The translations under genes and the position numbers were made by a program. 32,000 nt of DNA, taken from Mycobacterium leprae TN. Its GTDB lineage: Bacteria > Actinomycetota > Actinomycetes > Mycobacteriales > Mycobacteriaceae. The stretch is taken from positions 450,001-482,000 of the forward strand of contig NC_002677.1 of assembly GCF_000195855.1 (NCBI RefSeq), written 5' to 3'. Positions within the stretch are counted from its first letter, which is position 1. Each line of letters begins with the position of its first letter. Shown here in pieces: positions 1-9,514 of this stretch. Below the pieces are notes generated by a model, which had not been told where the DNA came from, made no database searches, and saw only the letters and a program-made list of their open reading frames with translations.

Positions 1-188
1 CGTATTTTTCAGCAACACGCCGACATGTGGCGGCTGCTGCGGATCGTAGGCGTTCACGCAGCGTCATCGCGATCGGCCGCACACTTGCCGGACGTGGTCA
101 CGCCAGCTAGTGAATGAATCCTCGAAGTAGAAACTCCGGTAATCGATCTTGGTCAGCGGCACCATCAGTTCTGTGACCGTGGGTACAT
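1..188 (-). pseudogene. fadD17: fatty-acid-CoA ligase FadD17-like, N-terminal remnant (continues off the window start)
   Basis: Minus-strand translation HVPTVTELMVPLTKIDYRSFYFEDSFTSWRDHVRQVCGRSR*RCVNAYDPQQPPHVGVLLKNT has an in-frame TGA and no in-frame ATG. The PPHVGVLL-NT motif and its position after fadE27 match the Rv3506 arrangement as I remember it. Confidence 0.5.
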
Positions 189-206
189 GTAAAACATCGG
201 GCCGAG

Positions 207-1283
207 CTAGGCAGGGGTTTCTGCCAGTTCACGGTCGATCTGGCGTAGCTGCTGGGTGGCACCGCCTAGCGCTCACTCCGTCTCCTTGGCAGCCAGGAAG
301 TAACAGTGCACGGGATGATCGGTGTCGATGCCGACGTCGCCGTGTACGTGCACGATGGTGTGTGCCACCCGGTGTCCAGCTTCAATGGCCCAGAATGGGG
401 TCATTAGCAACCTCGATGTCAGCGTAGGCGGGTCCTCCTATACTCACCACGTAGCCTGGGTAAGCGTCAGCCGCAACCCCTTGTACATGGATGTAGCTGC
501 AGGCTAGTACGTGCGCCACATCCTGGAAGCTGCCGACCGAGACAGTCGAAATGCTCGCGGGCGTGCATATAATTCGGCAGTCAGCTGCAGGCCTCGCTGC
601 TAGGACGCTGAGTTGAAACGTGTTAAGGACCAAGGTGGACTGGGTGGTGATCCAGATTACAGCCTCACTCTCGCCAACTACCCTGGCAGTGTCGATCGCT
701 AAATTTTCTAGCTCTAAGTGTTCGACGCAGCCCAAGCTGCTGGTTTGCAGCGCGGTCACCGAGCCCTGTGGTCATTGGCGTAAACCAGGAACGCGCCGGC
801 CAGCGGAGCGTAGCCGACCTGGGTGTGGGTACACCGGTGAGGCGGTAGCCGTCGCAGGAGCGGTCAGAATGCACTGTCACCGCACCTATCTCACTATCGA
901 GGGCGATGGTGAGAATCTTTGCGTCGCTGACCTCCGGTCGAGCCCTACTCCTGCTGCAGGTCCGCGAAGCTAAAACCGGGCTAGTGAAGCGGCTCCAAGC
1001 ACCACCGACTCCATATACGGCACGGTGGCTAGTCGCTGGTCTCGCACAACCAACACGGCTGTCTGCTCGAGAACTCCGAGTCCACTGCCAACCAGAGGAT
1101 TTCGCTACAATGGCGGACAGGATGTCGTAATTGATGAATTTGCGGCACAGCTTTTTATCGACCCGTTGGTCGAGCCCGTCTGGCTCACGTTGATGTTCCG
1201 GTGTGTATACCGTGTCCACGATGGTGTCAACCAAGCCAGCGAGGTCAGCCGCCGCTTTGGTTATGGTTAAATTTGAATGTCTT
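207..1283 (-). pseudogene. fadE27: acyl-CoA dehydrogenase FadE27-like pseudogene
   Basis: Minus-strand fragments lie in different frames: LVDTIVDTVYTPEHQRE..., ILTIALDSEIG..., GYRLTGV..., GSFQDV..., TIVHVHGDVGIDTDHPVHCYFLAAKETE*ALGGATQQLRQIDRELAETPA*. There are several stops and frameshifts. Confidence 0.7.
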
Positions 1284-1295
1284 TCTGTTCGAAGG

Positions 1296-2424
1296 TCCGT
1301 GGTTGGCTCGGAGTAGTCCCAGTGAGATCATCCCAATGATGTCGCGTTGGACTTCGTTGGTGCTGCCACCGAAGGTTAGGGCCAGGCATGCCCGGTGCAT
1401 CCGCTCGTCATGACTGTGTAACAACACACCTGGTGAGTTCTGTCGCAGGGTAGCCTGATACCTAGAATCTCCATCAGCAACTGGTAAACTTCAGTGACTA
1501 GCTCAGTCCCAGTTGCTTAGTCTTAGCACTTCGACTTGGGTGTGCACTTGACCCAGATTAAGCTATAACAACTCGGAGTTCATGAGCCGCGTTCCGCTTG
1601 CATCCTTGGTATTCTGCGCCTATGTGCGAACTTGTCGCAGGTACATCATGATCGGTGCTGGAGACACCAATGCCACTCGCTCATGGTTGAGCTGGTTGGT
1701 TACCAATCTCCATCCATTGTTCTCCGCGCCGACCCGGTTAGTCACCGGCACCCGCAGGTCGGAGTAGTAGGTGGCATTGGTATCTGTATCGGCCTTGGTG
1801 TGCACCGGTTTCCATGAGAATCTTTCGGTGGTGGTACGACACAATCAACACCGAGCTGCCGCGGTGCTTTTTTGGCTCTAGAAGCCTCCGGGGTGGTGCA
1901 CACCGCTAGCCAGACATCGTCGGCGTACTGGATCAAGCTGGTTCACATTTTCTGGCCGTTGATTACGTAGTCGTCGCCGTCGCGCACCATAGTGGTGCAC
2001 AGGTTGACCAGGTCGGTGCCGGTATTGGTCTCTGAATAGCCGATTGATGAAGTGTAGATTCCTGTCAGCAATGTGCTGCAGGAAAAACTTCTTCTGCTCG
2101 TCAATTCCTTAGGTCATGATCGTCGACGCCACGCTGTTGATCGCCGGGATCGGAACCGGGGCATCCTCGATGACCGCTTAGTCGGTGAAGATTACCGAGT
2201 CCATCGGCGAGCGGTCTTGGCCCCCGTACTCCCTGCGTCAGTTCAGGGTGAGCCACCCGTCTTTGCCTATCTGCGTGACGATCTCCCGGTACACCTTGCC
2301 GGTGGAAGTATTTTCCCTGGACTGAACTCGGCGCCTAGCGACCTCCGACGTCATGAGATGCGGTGAAGCACTACCGGCGTTCGTGACACAACTCCTCTTG
2401 CCCAGGGTTATATCTAATGCGCAT
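1296..2424 (-). pseudogene. fadE26: acyl-CoA dehydrogenase FadE26-like pseudogene
   Basis: Minus-strand ATG at 2424 gives MRIRYNPGQEELCHERR*. Later fragments are MIQYADDVWLAVCTTPE..., ERFSWKPVHT...NATYYSDLRVPVTNRVGAENNGWRLVTNQLNHERVALVSPAPI and ERMHRACLALTFGGSTNEVQRDIIGMISLGL. The ACAD C-terminal signature is spread over at least 3 frames. Confidence 0.75.
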
Positions 2425-2517
2425 TCCAGCCGTTCTTTGAATTAAGCGATCGTATCCACATCACTAGCCAAAGCTGGGCACCGTACGTCGGTAAACGATT
2501 ATCCATCCGTCTTGCTG

Positions 2518-2531
2518 ATTAACACGTTCTA
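2518..2531. promoter_or_regulatory. KstR-type operator-like palindrome in the fadE26/fdxD divergent spacer
   Basis: ATTAACACGTTCTA matches the TetR-family KstR motif TnnAACnnGTTnnA at 13 of 14 positions. It sits between two divergently oriented cholesterol-regulon remnants. Confidence 0.45.
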
Positions 2532-2639
2532 GTGTGAATTCCAGCAACCGCTTTGTCAGGCTTACTGGGTCCTTATGGTGAGTTGTTAGATACTGATTGA
2601 TTTCTTGACGGAAGCAGGAAGTTAGCCTTGAAGGAGGTC

Positions 2640-2903
2640 GTGTGAGTAATCGTGGACCGGTGCGAGGGTAATACGGTGTGCTTGGGACGCACATCAGATG
2701 TGTTTGATTTAGATGACGAGGATTATGCCGTAGTGAGAACGGATCCGGTTTCATCAGACCAGGAAGTTAGGGCCGAACAGGCAATTGCCGAGTGCCTACG
2801 TGCGGCGCTGCTGCGCCAAGACTTACTCGAAACTAGAGATCTTCATAAGTTGACTAGGGCTAAATGCTTTGGCTTCCTTCCATCAGACCCAAACTCGGTC
2901 TGA
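2640..2903 (+). pseudogene. fdxD: small [3Fe-4S]-type ferredoxin FdxD-like, probably inactivated
   Basis: SD GAAGGAGG is followed by GTG TGA (start, then an immediate stop at 2643-2645). Downstream in frame: VIVDRCEGNTVCLGRTSDVFDLDDEDYAVVRTDPVSSDQEVRAEQAIAECLRAALL. The usual C-P after the last Cys is C-L. An alternative GTG at 2652 could still give an 83-aa product. Confidence 0.55.
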
Positions 2904-2908
2904 ATTTT

Positions 2909-3850
2909 AGCCGGGTTGCATTACGAACGCGACTCGGTTTGTCCGTAAAGGTCGCGGTGGTGACCGGTGCGGTCGCGGGACTGGGCCGAGTCGAGGCGAT
3001 CGGTTTAGCTCTGTCAGGTGCCACTGTAGTCGTCGACGACATCGTCGCTGCGCTGGAGATGTCTCCGGAGTGATCGACCAGATCAGCGCCCTGGGTAGCA
3101 AAGCCGTCGCGGTGACCGGCAACATTAATCGACGTGTCACCGCCAACAAGCTGGTCAGTTGTGCCTATGGGCTGGGCGGACTGTGTTCCGTGGTGAAAAA
3201 TATCGGTACCACTTACGGCCGAATGCTTTTCAACATGCCCGGCGAAGAATGGGACGTGGTAATTGTTGTGTACCTGCGTGGCCATTTCCTGCTCACCTAT
3301 ACCGCGGCAATGTACTGGCGCACCAGCGCTAAAAAAGAAGCCAAATAGGGCTCCATATTATATATGGCCGGGGATCATCAATATCTCGTCGAAGGCGGCT
3401 TTGGCAGGCCCCGTGGGCCAGGCTAACCAAGGGCCGGGCAGCACCGCGCTCATCCTGTCAGCCACGTGGGCACTGGGCCCGGTACGGGGTGTGCGTCAAC
3501 GCGATCTGTCTGTCCACGAGTACGTAACGTGATGACGTCCGATGTTTTCCGGTCCGGTTGCCCTATGTGTCTGATTTAGTGGCAGTCCAGACTCTGTTAG
3601 ATACTTTCCTTGGTGACATCGGTGTTGCCTTTTTTGGCCTTGCTAGCGACAAGCAGCAGTCAATGGGCAGGTGTTCATCGTGTACAGCCTTTCGGGTGAC
3701 GCTGGCGTCGGCTGCCCACTGTGGAATGTCAGTTCAGCGCGGACGCTGTGGCCTGGGACCTTGATACAACTCAGTGCCCATTGCAGGACTACTTTTATTG
3801 GCCGCGATCTGGAACGGAAATTTTCCGCGGTCTATCTGATGGATGGATAA
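2909..3850 (+). pseudogene. hsd4A: short-chain dehydrogenase Hsd4A-like pseudogene
   Basis: Fragments lie in three frames: LSVKVAVVTGAVAGLGR (Rossmann TGxxxGxG), ISALGSKAVAVTGNI...RMLFNMPGEEWDVVIVVYLRGHFLLT, INISSKAALAGPVGQAN, ending ...SAVYLMDG*. There is no start codon, and there are several stops. Confidence 0.75.
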
Positions 3851-4018
3851 GGACTACCACCGGAGTGGCTCTATTCTTTCGTTCCCGTTAGCGACTAAAA
3901 TAGCATCAGATTGTCCGCATTGCCCGGGTGCTGACTTGTACTGACTAACTAACGGCGAAACGCTACATTATTTACATGGTGTGTTAATGGGAGCGGGCCG
4001 CATATGTATTTAAATTCC

Positions 4019-4047
4019 GTGCAAAGTGGTAACGCAAAACTTTGCAC
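4019..4047. repeat. 9-bp perfect inverted repeat (GTGCAAAGT-N11-ACTTTGCAC) about 30 nt upstream of the yrbE4A remnant
   Basis: Read directly from the sequence; the arms are at 4019-4027 and 4039-4047. It lies in an AT-rich spacer, and its function (operator or hairpin) is unknown. Confidence 0.4.
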
Positions 4048-4074
4048 ACGAGTAGCAGACGGGGTGGCCCAGTT

Positions 4075-4824
4075 TTGATTCAGCAACTTGTGGTTCTTGC
4101 CCGAGTTGTTGGCGGTTTTTCGAAATTTCATTGGATACACTTTGTGTGATTTTCCTTAGGGTATTCCCAATTCCGCGAGTTTTTAGATCAGACCCGGACG
4201 ATCGTTCGCGTGTCACTGATTCCGACGCTGCTGGTCTCCATACCGTTTACGGTCCTGGTAGGGTTTCACTCTATCAATATTTTGCTACGTGAGATTGGGG
4301 CTGCCGATTTGTCTGACGTCGGAACGGCATTAGGGACCATCACCTAGCTGTGCCTAGTCGTTGCTGACTCCGGTGCCACCGCGATCCGGGCTGATCTGGG
4401 CGCTTGCACCATCCGTGAGGAAATCGATGCGACGTGGATTCTGGGGATCGACCCGATCCAACGGCTCCTCGTGCCCGGGTTTTAGCTTTTACGCTGGTTG
4501 CGTTGCTGCTCAACGAGTTGGTGTGCAACATCGGCTTGCTAGAAGGTTATGTTTCCGCCCTGCTTCAGGGCGCGAACCTGGGTGCGTTCATCAACGGGTT
4601 GACTGTGCTCATAGTACTGCGTGAGTTGGTTCTCGCCAAAATCAAAAGCGCTTCTGTTCGGAGTTATGGCCGTCTTGGTTGGCTGTTACCGTGGTCTGAT
4701 CGTCAAGGATGGGCCCAAGGGCGTCGGTAATGCGGTTAATGAAACTGTTGTTTACGCATTCATCCGCCTGTTCATCATTAATGTCGATCGGTGTCCGGCG
4801 CTCGGCGAAGTGAGCGAGGGATGA
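4075..4824 (+). pseudogene. yrbE4A: Mce-associated permease YrbE4A-like pseudogene
   Basis: LIQQLVVLARVVGGFSKFHWIHFV*FSLGYSQFREFLDQTRTIVRVSLIPTLLVSIPFTVLV..., later ...LFGVMAVLVGCYRGLIVKDGPKGVGNAVNETVVYAFIRLFIINV. The start is TTG instead of ATG, and there are multiple stops and frameshifts. Confidence 0.8.
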
Positions 4825-5657
4825 GTTACGACCTGACCAATCCGGTTTCGCTGCTTCGTTTCCAGGCTGCAGCATCCGGTTGACGAGTTAGGCGAGCAGG
4901 CTTTCTTCTACGGCCAAACTGCGCTATATCCCGAACGGGCCCAACCGATACCGCAAGGAGACGATATGATTCGTTGCCAAAATGACGCTGGACGCGGGCG
5001 CGGTTGTGATGATCGGCGGCACGGTTGGGGGTACGACATTCCTTACACTGGCGTCTGGTGACGTAATCGCTGTGCAACTTTCCTCGTCGTTGGTTAGCGT
5101 TGGTATCTAGGCGTTGACCGGCTTTTCTTGTTGGCGTTCTTGAATGTCCGAGTTGTCGCGCCGTTGATCGCCGGTATCCCGTTGGCAGTCACCATTGGTT
5201 CCGGTTTCACTGCACAATTGGGCGCGATACGGGTGTCCGAGGAAATCTACGCGGTGGAGTGTATTGCGATGCACGCGACGTAGTACCTGATCGCCACTCG
5301 GCTGATCGCCGTCCTCGTGGCGATCAGCCTGCTGTATTCGCTGTCGGTGCCTTCGCGGCTCACTTCACCACGGTGTACATCTACGGGCAATCCAAAGGCT
5401 TATATGACCACTACTATTTAGTACCTTAAAATCTTATCCTCTCCGACTTGCTGTGGTCGTTTCTGCAGGCCATCGTGGTTTCGATCGCGGTGATGATGGT
5501 GCATACCTATATACGGTTATAAAGCTAGTAGCGGGTCGTTAGGCATTGTAGTCGGTCAGGCGGTGCGGACCTCGCTGATCATGGTGGTTGTCATTATTTT
5601 GGTGATCTCGTTGGCGGTGTACGGTGCGTTCGGTAACTTCGACCTCTCCGAGTTAGG
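4821..5657 (+). pseudogene. yrbE4B: Mce-associated permease YrbE4B-like pseudogene
   Basis: ATGA overlap with yrbE4A. MSYDLTNPVSLLRFQAAASG*..., then LNVRVVAPLIAGIPLAVTIGSGFTAQLGAIRVSEEIYAVECIAMHAT*YLIATRLIAVLVAI... and ...GQAVRTSLIMVVVIILVISLAVYGAFGNFDLS. Confidence 0.8.
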
Positions 5658-5675
5658 AGACACTTCCACAGGACA

Positions 5676-6212
5676 ATGGCAAACGCCGGATCGTGACGCA
5701 GAACTGACCGGCTGACAGTGTCGCTGCTGGACGGGTTGGTAATCGCGTTGGTCGCCCTCACTTAACTTTTCATACACGGCGGCTTTCACATCGGCTGACA
5801 CCGTCACGGTGTCGTCGCCGAGGACTGGACTGGTGATGAATAAGGGCGCCAAAGTTAAGTATCGCTGAATCCTAGATTGATAAGGTCACCGACATCAGCT
5901 ATCGCTACGACCAAGCCCCGCTAACGCTGTCCATCGACAGCGTTGAGATGGTTTCATTTCTTCCAATATGAAGGTCCACATTGCGGGCAACGCCATCTTC
6001 GGTGTGAAATCGGTTGATTTGTTCCCCCCTCCCCCAAGAAAATTCCGGAGCGGCAGCTGCGTTCGAATGCGTGCGTGCGGTCCTCAGCTGTGCAGCTGAA
6101 AGTTAATACTTTGATCCAGTAGCTTATCGACCTACTATGGAAGATCAATCTTGTCGATCTGAACGCGACACCGAGCTCACTGTCTGAAGGTCTGCGTGGT
6201 CATGCGATGACC
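5676..6212 (+). pseudogene. mce4A: Mce-family protein A (Mce4A-like), N-terminal fragment only
   Basis: ATG at 5676 follows AGGAGA. Fragments: ...FSYTAAFTSADTVTVSSPRTGLVMNKGAKVKYR*..., ...HIAGNAIFGVKSVDL.PPSPKK..., ...VQLKVNTLIQ*LIDLLWKINLVDLNATPSSLSEGLRGH. This is the typical MCE-domain N-terminus, and the gene then stops abruptly. Confidence 0.7.
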
Positions 6213-6214
6213 TA

Positions 6215-6417
6215 GGAGCGCTGCTTTCTGTCCTCAATCTGTTTGTGCAGCAGGTTAATCCAAAACTTGCCACGCTGCAATAAGATTTCCTTAATGCCGA
6301 GGTTGTTGCCAACATCTACACCATCGCCGAAAACCATTCGGCACGACGAGGCCGCGCTGCACGAGGCTGCCCGGAAACCATGCACACCACATTGCCGCAG
6401 CCGACTGCAACCTGTGA
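6215..6417 (+). pseudogene. esxU: WXG100/ESAT-6-family EsxU-like, C-terminal remnant
   Basis: ...DFLNAEVVANIYTIAEN then a frameshift to KTIRHDEAALHEAAR, then HAHHIAAADCNL* (stop 6415-6417). The N-terminal half is missing. Confidence 0.6.
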
Positions 6418-6433
6418 TTGGGAGAGGTCGCTC

Positions 6434-6732
6434 GTGGATCCGGTGTTGTCCTAACAGCGCCGACGAAATCGAATACTCCATTAGCTGGGAAATCGACGGC
6501 ACGTCCGGCCCGCTTCAATGCGGCGCTCGAGGAACTGAGATCACAAATCGCGCCGCTGCAGCAGCGTTGGATTCGTGCAGCGGTGGTCGTCTATCCGGTT
6601 GAACAGCTCAAGTGGCACCAGGCGGCTACCGCGCTCAATGAGATCCTGGTTGACTTGGGTAACGTGATACGAGCCGGCGCGGAGGAGGTGGCCAACACCG
6701 ACCGTCGGTCGGGTGGCGTTTGGGCAGGGTAG
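6434..6732 (+). pseudogene. esxT: WXG100/ESAT-6-family EsxT-like pseudogene
   Basis: SD GGGAGAGG, then GTG at 6434: VDPVLS* (TAA). A frameshift leads to NSADEIEYSISWEIDGTSG, and a second one to ARFNAALEELRSQIAPLQQRWIRAAVVVYPVEQLKWHQAATALNEILVDLGNVIRAGAEEVANTDRRSGGVWAG*. Confidence 0.75.
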
Positions 6733-6737
6733 CCACG

Positions 6738-6782
6738 CCCAACAGATCTGTTGGGGTCCCGACAACGGAGAGTCGTCGGGAC
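6738..6782 (+). terminator. tandem hairpins downstream of the esxT remnant
   Basis: An 18-bp perfect palindrome CCCAACAGATCTGTTGGG (6738-6755) is followed immediately by GTCCCGAC-N11-GTCGGGAC (6756-6782). There is no U-tract. Confidence 0.4.
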
Positions 6783-6983
6783 CACACAGTCATTTTGACC
6801 TGCTGGGATGCGCGTCGGTAAGCTTCTTCGTTGGCGTGCTGGTACGCCGGGAGCCTCGGGTCAATGTCGGTCGCCGAGAACAACCCCGCCTTGAATCAGC
6901 CAGGGCTTCTTGACCGGCACCCGGGTTATACCTGGGATCCAGGAACCGGGTAGAAACCGAAACGAAAGAGGGAGGTAAGCGCT

Positions 6984-7427
6984 GTGCCTACATACGCGCC
7001 CAAGGCGGGTGACACCACGTGTTCGTGGTACGTCATCGACGCCACGGACGTGGTGCTTGGCCGCCTTGCCGCTGTAGCGGCCACTCTGTTGCGCGGCAAG
7101 CACAAGCCCACGTTCGCTCCTAATGTTGATGGCGGTGACTTTGTCATCGTGATCAACGCCGACAAGGTCGCCATCAGCGGCGATAAAGTACAGCATAAGA
7201 TGGTTTACCGCCACTCGGGGTATCCCGGCGGCTTGCGCAAACGCACCATTGGCGAGCTGATGCAAAAGCACCCCGACCGCGTCGTAGAGAAAGCCATCGT
7301 TGGCATGCTGCCCAAAAACAAGCTTAGCCGCCAGATCCAGCGCAAGCTTCGTGTCTACGCCGGACCAGATCATCCACATTCCGCTCAGCAACCGGTTCCA
7401 TTCGAAATCAAGCAGGTAGCGCAGTGA
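6984..7427 (+). CDS. rplM: 50S ribosomal protein uL13
   Basis: 147-aa ORF with a GTG start about 9 nt after [37 protein letters not shown]...HSGYPGGLR is canonical L13. GTGA overlap with rpsI. Confidence 0.95.
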
Positions 7428-7885
7428 CCGAAACCAGCGAAGCCGTGGAGATTGCGGTGGGGACTCCAGCAGCCAAGCATAGTGAATCTTTTGTGTTCGA
7501 GCGGTCCATCCAGACTGTTGGCCGCCGCAAAGAGGCCGTCGTGCGGGTGCGGTTGGTGCTCGGCACCGGCAAGTTCGATCTCAATGGTCGCAGCCTGGAG
7601 GACTACTTCCCGAACAAGGTGCATCAGCAGCTCATTAAAGCACCGTTGGTCACTGTTGAGCGGACAAGGAACTTCGACATATTCGCTCTCCTACACGGTG
7701 GTGGACCATCGGGTCAGGCCGGGGCGCTTCGTCTGGGCATCGCCCGGGCGTTGATCCTGGCGTCACCGGAGGACCGGCCCGCCTTGAAGAAGGCCGGTTT
7801 CCTCACCCGTGATCCACGCTCGACTGAGCGCAAGAAGTATGGCTTGAAGAAGGCCCGCAAGGCGCCGCAGTACAGCAAGCGCTGA
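7424..7885 (+). CDS. rpsI: 30S ribosomal protein uS9
   Basis: 153-aa [15 protein letters not shown]...[19 protein letters not shown]...[25 protein letters not shown] is the canonical S9 C-terminus. Confidence 0.95.
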
Positions 7886-7991
7886 TCGGCGATCATTGGT
7901 GTGTCGACGGCTAAACTTGCACGGTTTCGGCTAGAAAGACACATGGGCACGTATAGGTGCCAGAGTCATTAATTGCGAGAGGTTTGTCCGC

Positions 7992-9383
7992 ATGGGTCGA
8001 CTATTCGGCACTGATGGTGTTCGCGGAGTGGCCAATCGTGAGTTGACCCCTGAGCTCGTGCTGGCCCTAGGCGCGGCGGCGGCACGGTGCTTGGCCAACT
8101 CGGGCGAACCGGGGCGGCGGGTAGCCGTGATCGGTCGCGATCCGCGGGCCAGCGGTGAGATGCTTGAGGCCGCTGTCATCGCTGGCCTGACCAGTGCGGG
8201 TGTTGACGCACTGCGGGTTGGAGTGCTCCCGACACCTGCGGTGGCGTATCTGACCGGTGCCTACGACGCCGACTTCGGGGTGATGATTTCGGCGTCCCAC
8301 AACCCGATGGTCGACAACGGCATCAAGATCTTCGGGCCGGGCGGTCATAAATTGGACGACGACACCGAAGACCAGATCGAAGACCTGGTTACCGGCGGGC
8401 CCGGGTTGCGCCCGGCCGGCGTGGCGATCGGTCGCGTCATCGACGCCGAGGATGCTACGGAACGTTACTTGCGCCACGTGGGCAAAGCCAGCACCATACG
8501 GCTCGACGGCTTGACGGTGGTCGTCGACTGCGCACATGGCGCGGCCTCGTCAGCGGCACCGCGCGCGTATCGCGCAGCCGGTGCCCGGGTCATCGCGATC
8601 AACGCCGATCCCAACGGCATCAACATCAACGATCGCTGTGGATCTACGGACCTGGGTTCGTTGCGTTCAGCGGTGCTTGCCCACCGTGCTGACCTAGGCC
8701 TGGCGCACGACGGAGACGCCGACCGGTGTCTTGCCGTTGATGCTAATGGTGATCTCGTCGACGGCGACGCCATCATGGTCGTGCTTGCGCTTGCGATGCA
8801 AGAAGCCGGCGAACTGTCTTCCAACACTTTGGTGACTACCGTGATGAGCAATCTGGGGCTGCACCTGGCCATGCGTTCGGTCGGCGTCATCGTGCGTACA
8901 ACCGACGTCGGCGACCGTTATGTCTTGGAGGAGTTGCGCGCTGGTGACTTTAGTCTCGGCGGCGAGCAATCCGGCCATATCGTGATGCCCGCATTGGGCT
9001 CCACCGGAGACGGTATCATCACTGGGTTGCGATTGATGACCCGCATGGTGCAGACCAGCTCTTCGCTGGCTGCCCTCGCGTCGGCGATGCGGGCGTTGCC
9101 GCAGGTGTTAATCAATGTCGAGGTTGCAGACAAAACCACTGCTGCCGCTGCGCCTTTAGTGCAGACGGCGGTCGAGACTGCTGAGGTCGAATTGGGGAAT
9201 ACAGGTCGAATCCTGTTGCGTCCCTCAGGAACTGAGCCGATGATCCGGGTCATGGTGGAGGCAGCCGAAGAAGATGTCGCGCACCGAGTGGCGACGCGAG
9301 TCGCTGCAGCGGTGAGTGCTCAGGGGTCACCTCTCCGATGCTGGAACCCCGACGCGATATCGGGCGTCGAATTAAGATTATGA
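7992..9383 (+). CDS. glmM: phosphoglucosamine mutase
   Basis: 463-aa ORF. It has the [13 protein letters not shown]-terminus, the phosphoserine loop ISASHNP, DGDADR metal-binding and GGEQSGH sugar-binding motifs. Confidence 0.95.
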   Translation: MGRLFGTDGVRGVANRELTPELVLALGAAAARCLANSGEPGRRVAVIGRDPRASGEMLEAAVIAGLTSAGVDALRVGVLPTPAVAYLTGAYDADFGVMISASHNPMVDNGIKIFGPGGHKLDDDTEDQIEDLVTGGPGLRPAGVAIGRVIDAEDATERYLRHVGKASTIRLDGLTVVVDCAHGAASSAAPRAYRAAGARVIAINADPNGININDRCGSTDLGSLRSAVLAHRADLGLAHDGDADRCLAVDANGDLVDGDAIMVVLALAMQEAGELSSNTLVTTVMSNLGLHLAMRSVGVIVRTTDVGDRYVLEELRAGDFSLGGEQSGHIVMPALGSTGDGIITGLRLMTRMVQTSSSLAALASAMRALPQVLINVEVADKTTAAAAPLVQTAVETAEVELGNTGRILLRPSGTEPMIRVMVEAAEEDVAHRVATRVAAAVSAQGSPLRCWNPDAISGVELRL

Positions 9384-9514
9384 GACCTATTGCTGATACC
9401 AGTATCGACGTTGCGGCCGCATTTATCGACGGTGTTATCACCGTACCACTTGCTTGGGGTGGCTTTTGGCGGCTTCGGCTTCAGCGCCGGCTGAGTGCAC
9501 GCAGCCCGTGGTGA
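9380..9514 (+). other. 44-codon ORF coupled to glmM by an ATGA overlap; possibly a truncated remnant of the gene that follows glmM in other mycobacteria
   Basis: ATG at 9380 overlaps the glmM TGA. Translation: [45 protein letters not shown] recognise no domain. Confidence 0.25.

Noticed and set aside
6905-6935. TTGACC ... TATACC as an rplM promoter
   Set aside because: The spacing between the hexamers is about 11 nt, too short for a sigma-A promoter, and no better pair was found by eye.
6861-7391. 176-aa minus-strand ORF
   Set aside because: It is antisense to rplM.
8067-9253. Minus-strand ORFs of 94-156 aa
   Set aside because: They are antisense to glmM, with no start context or motifs.
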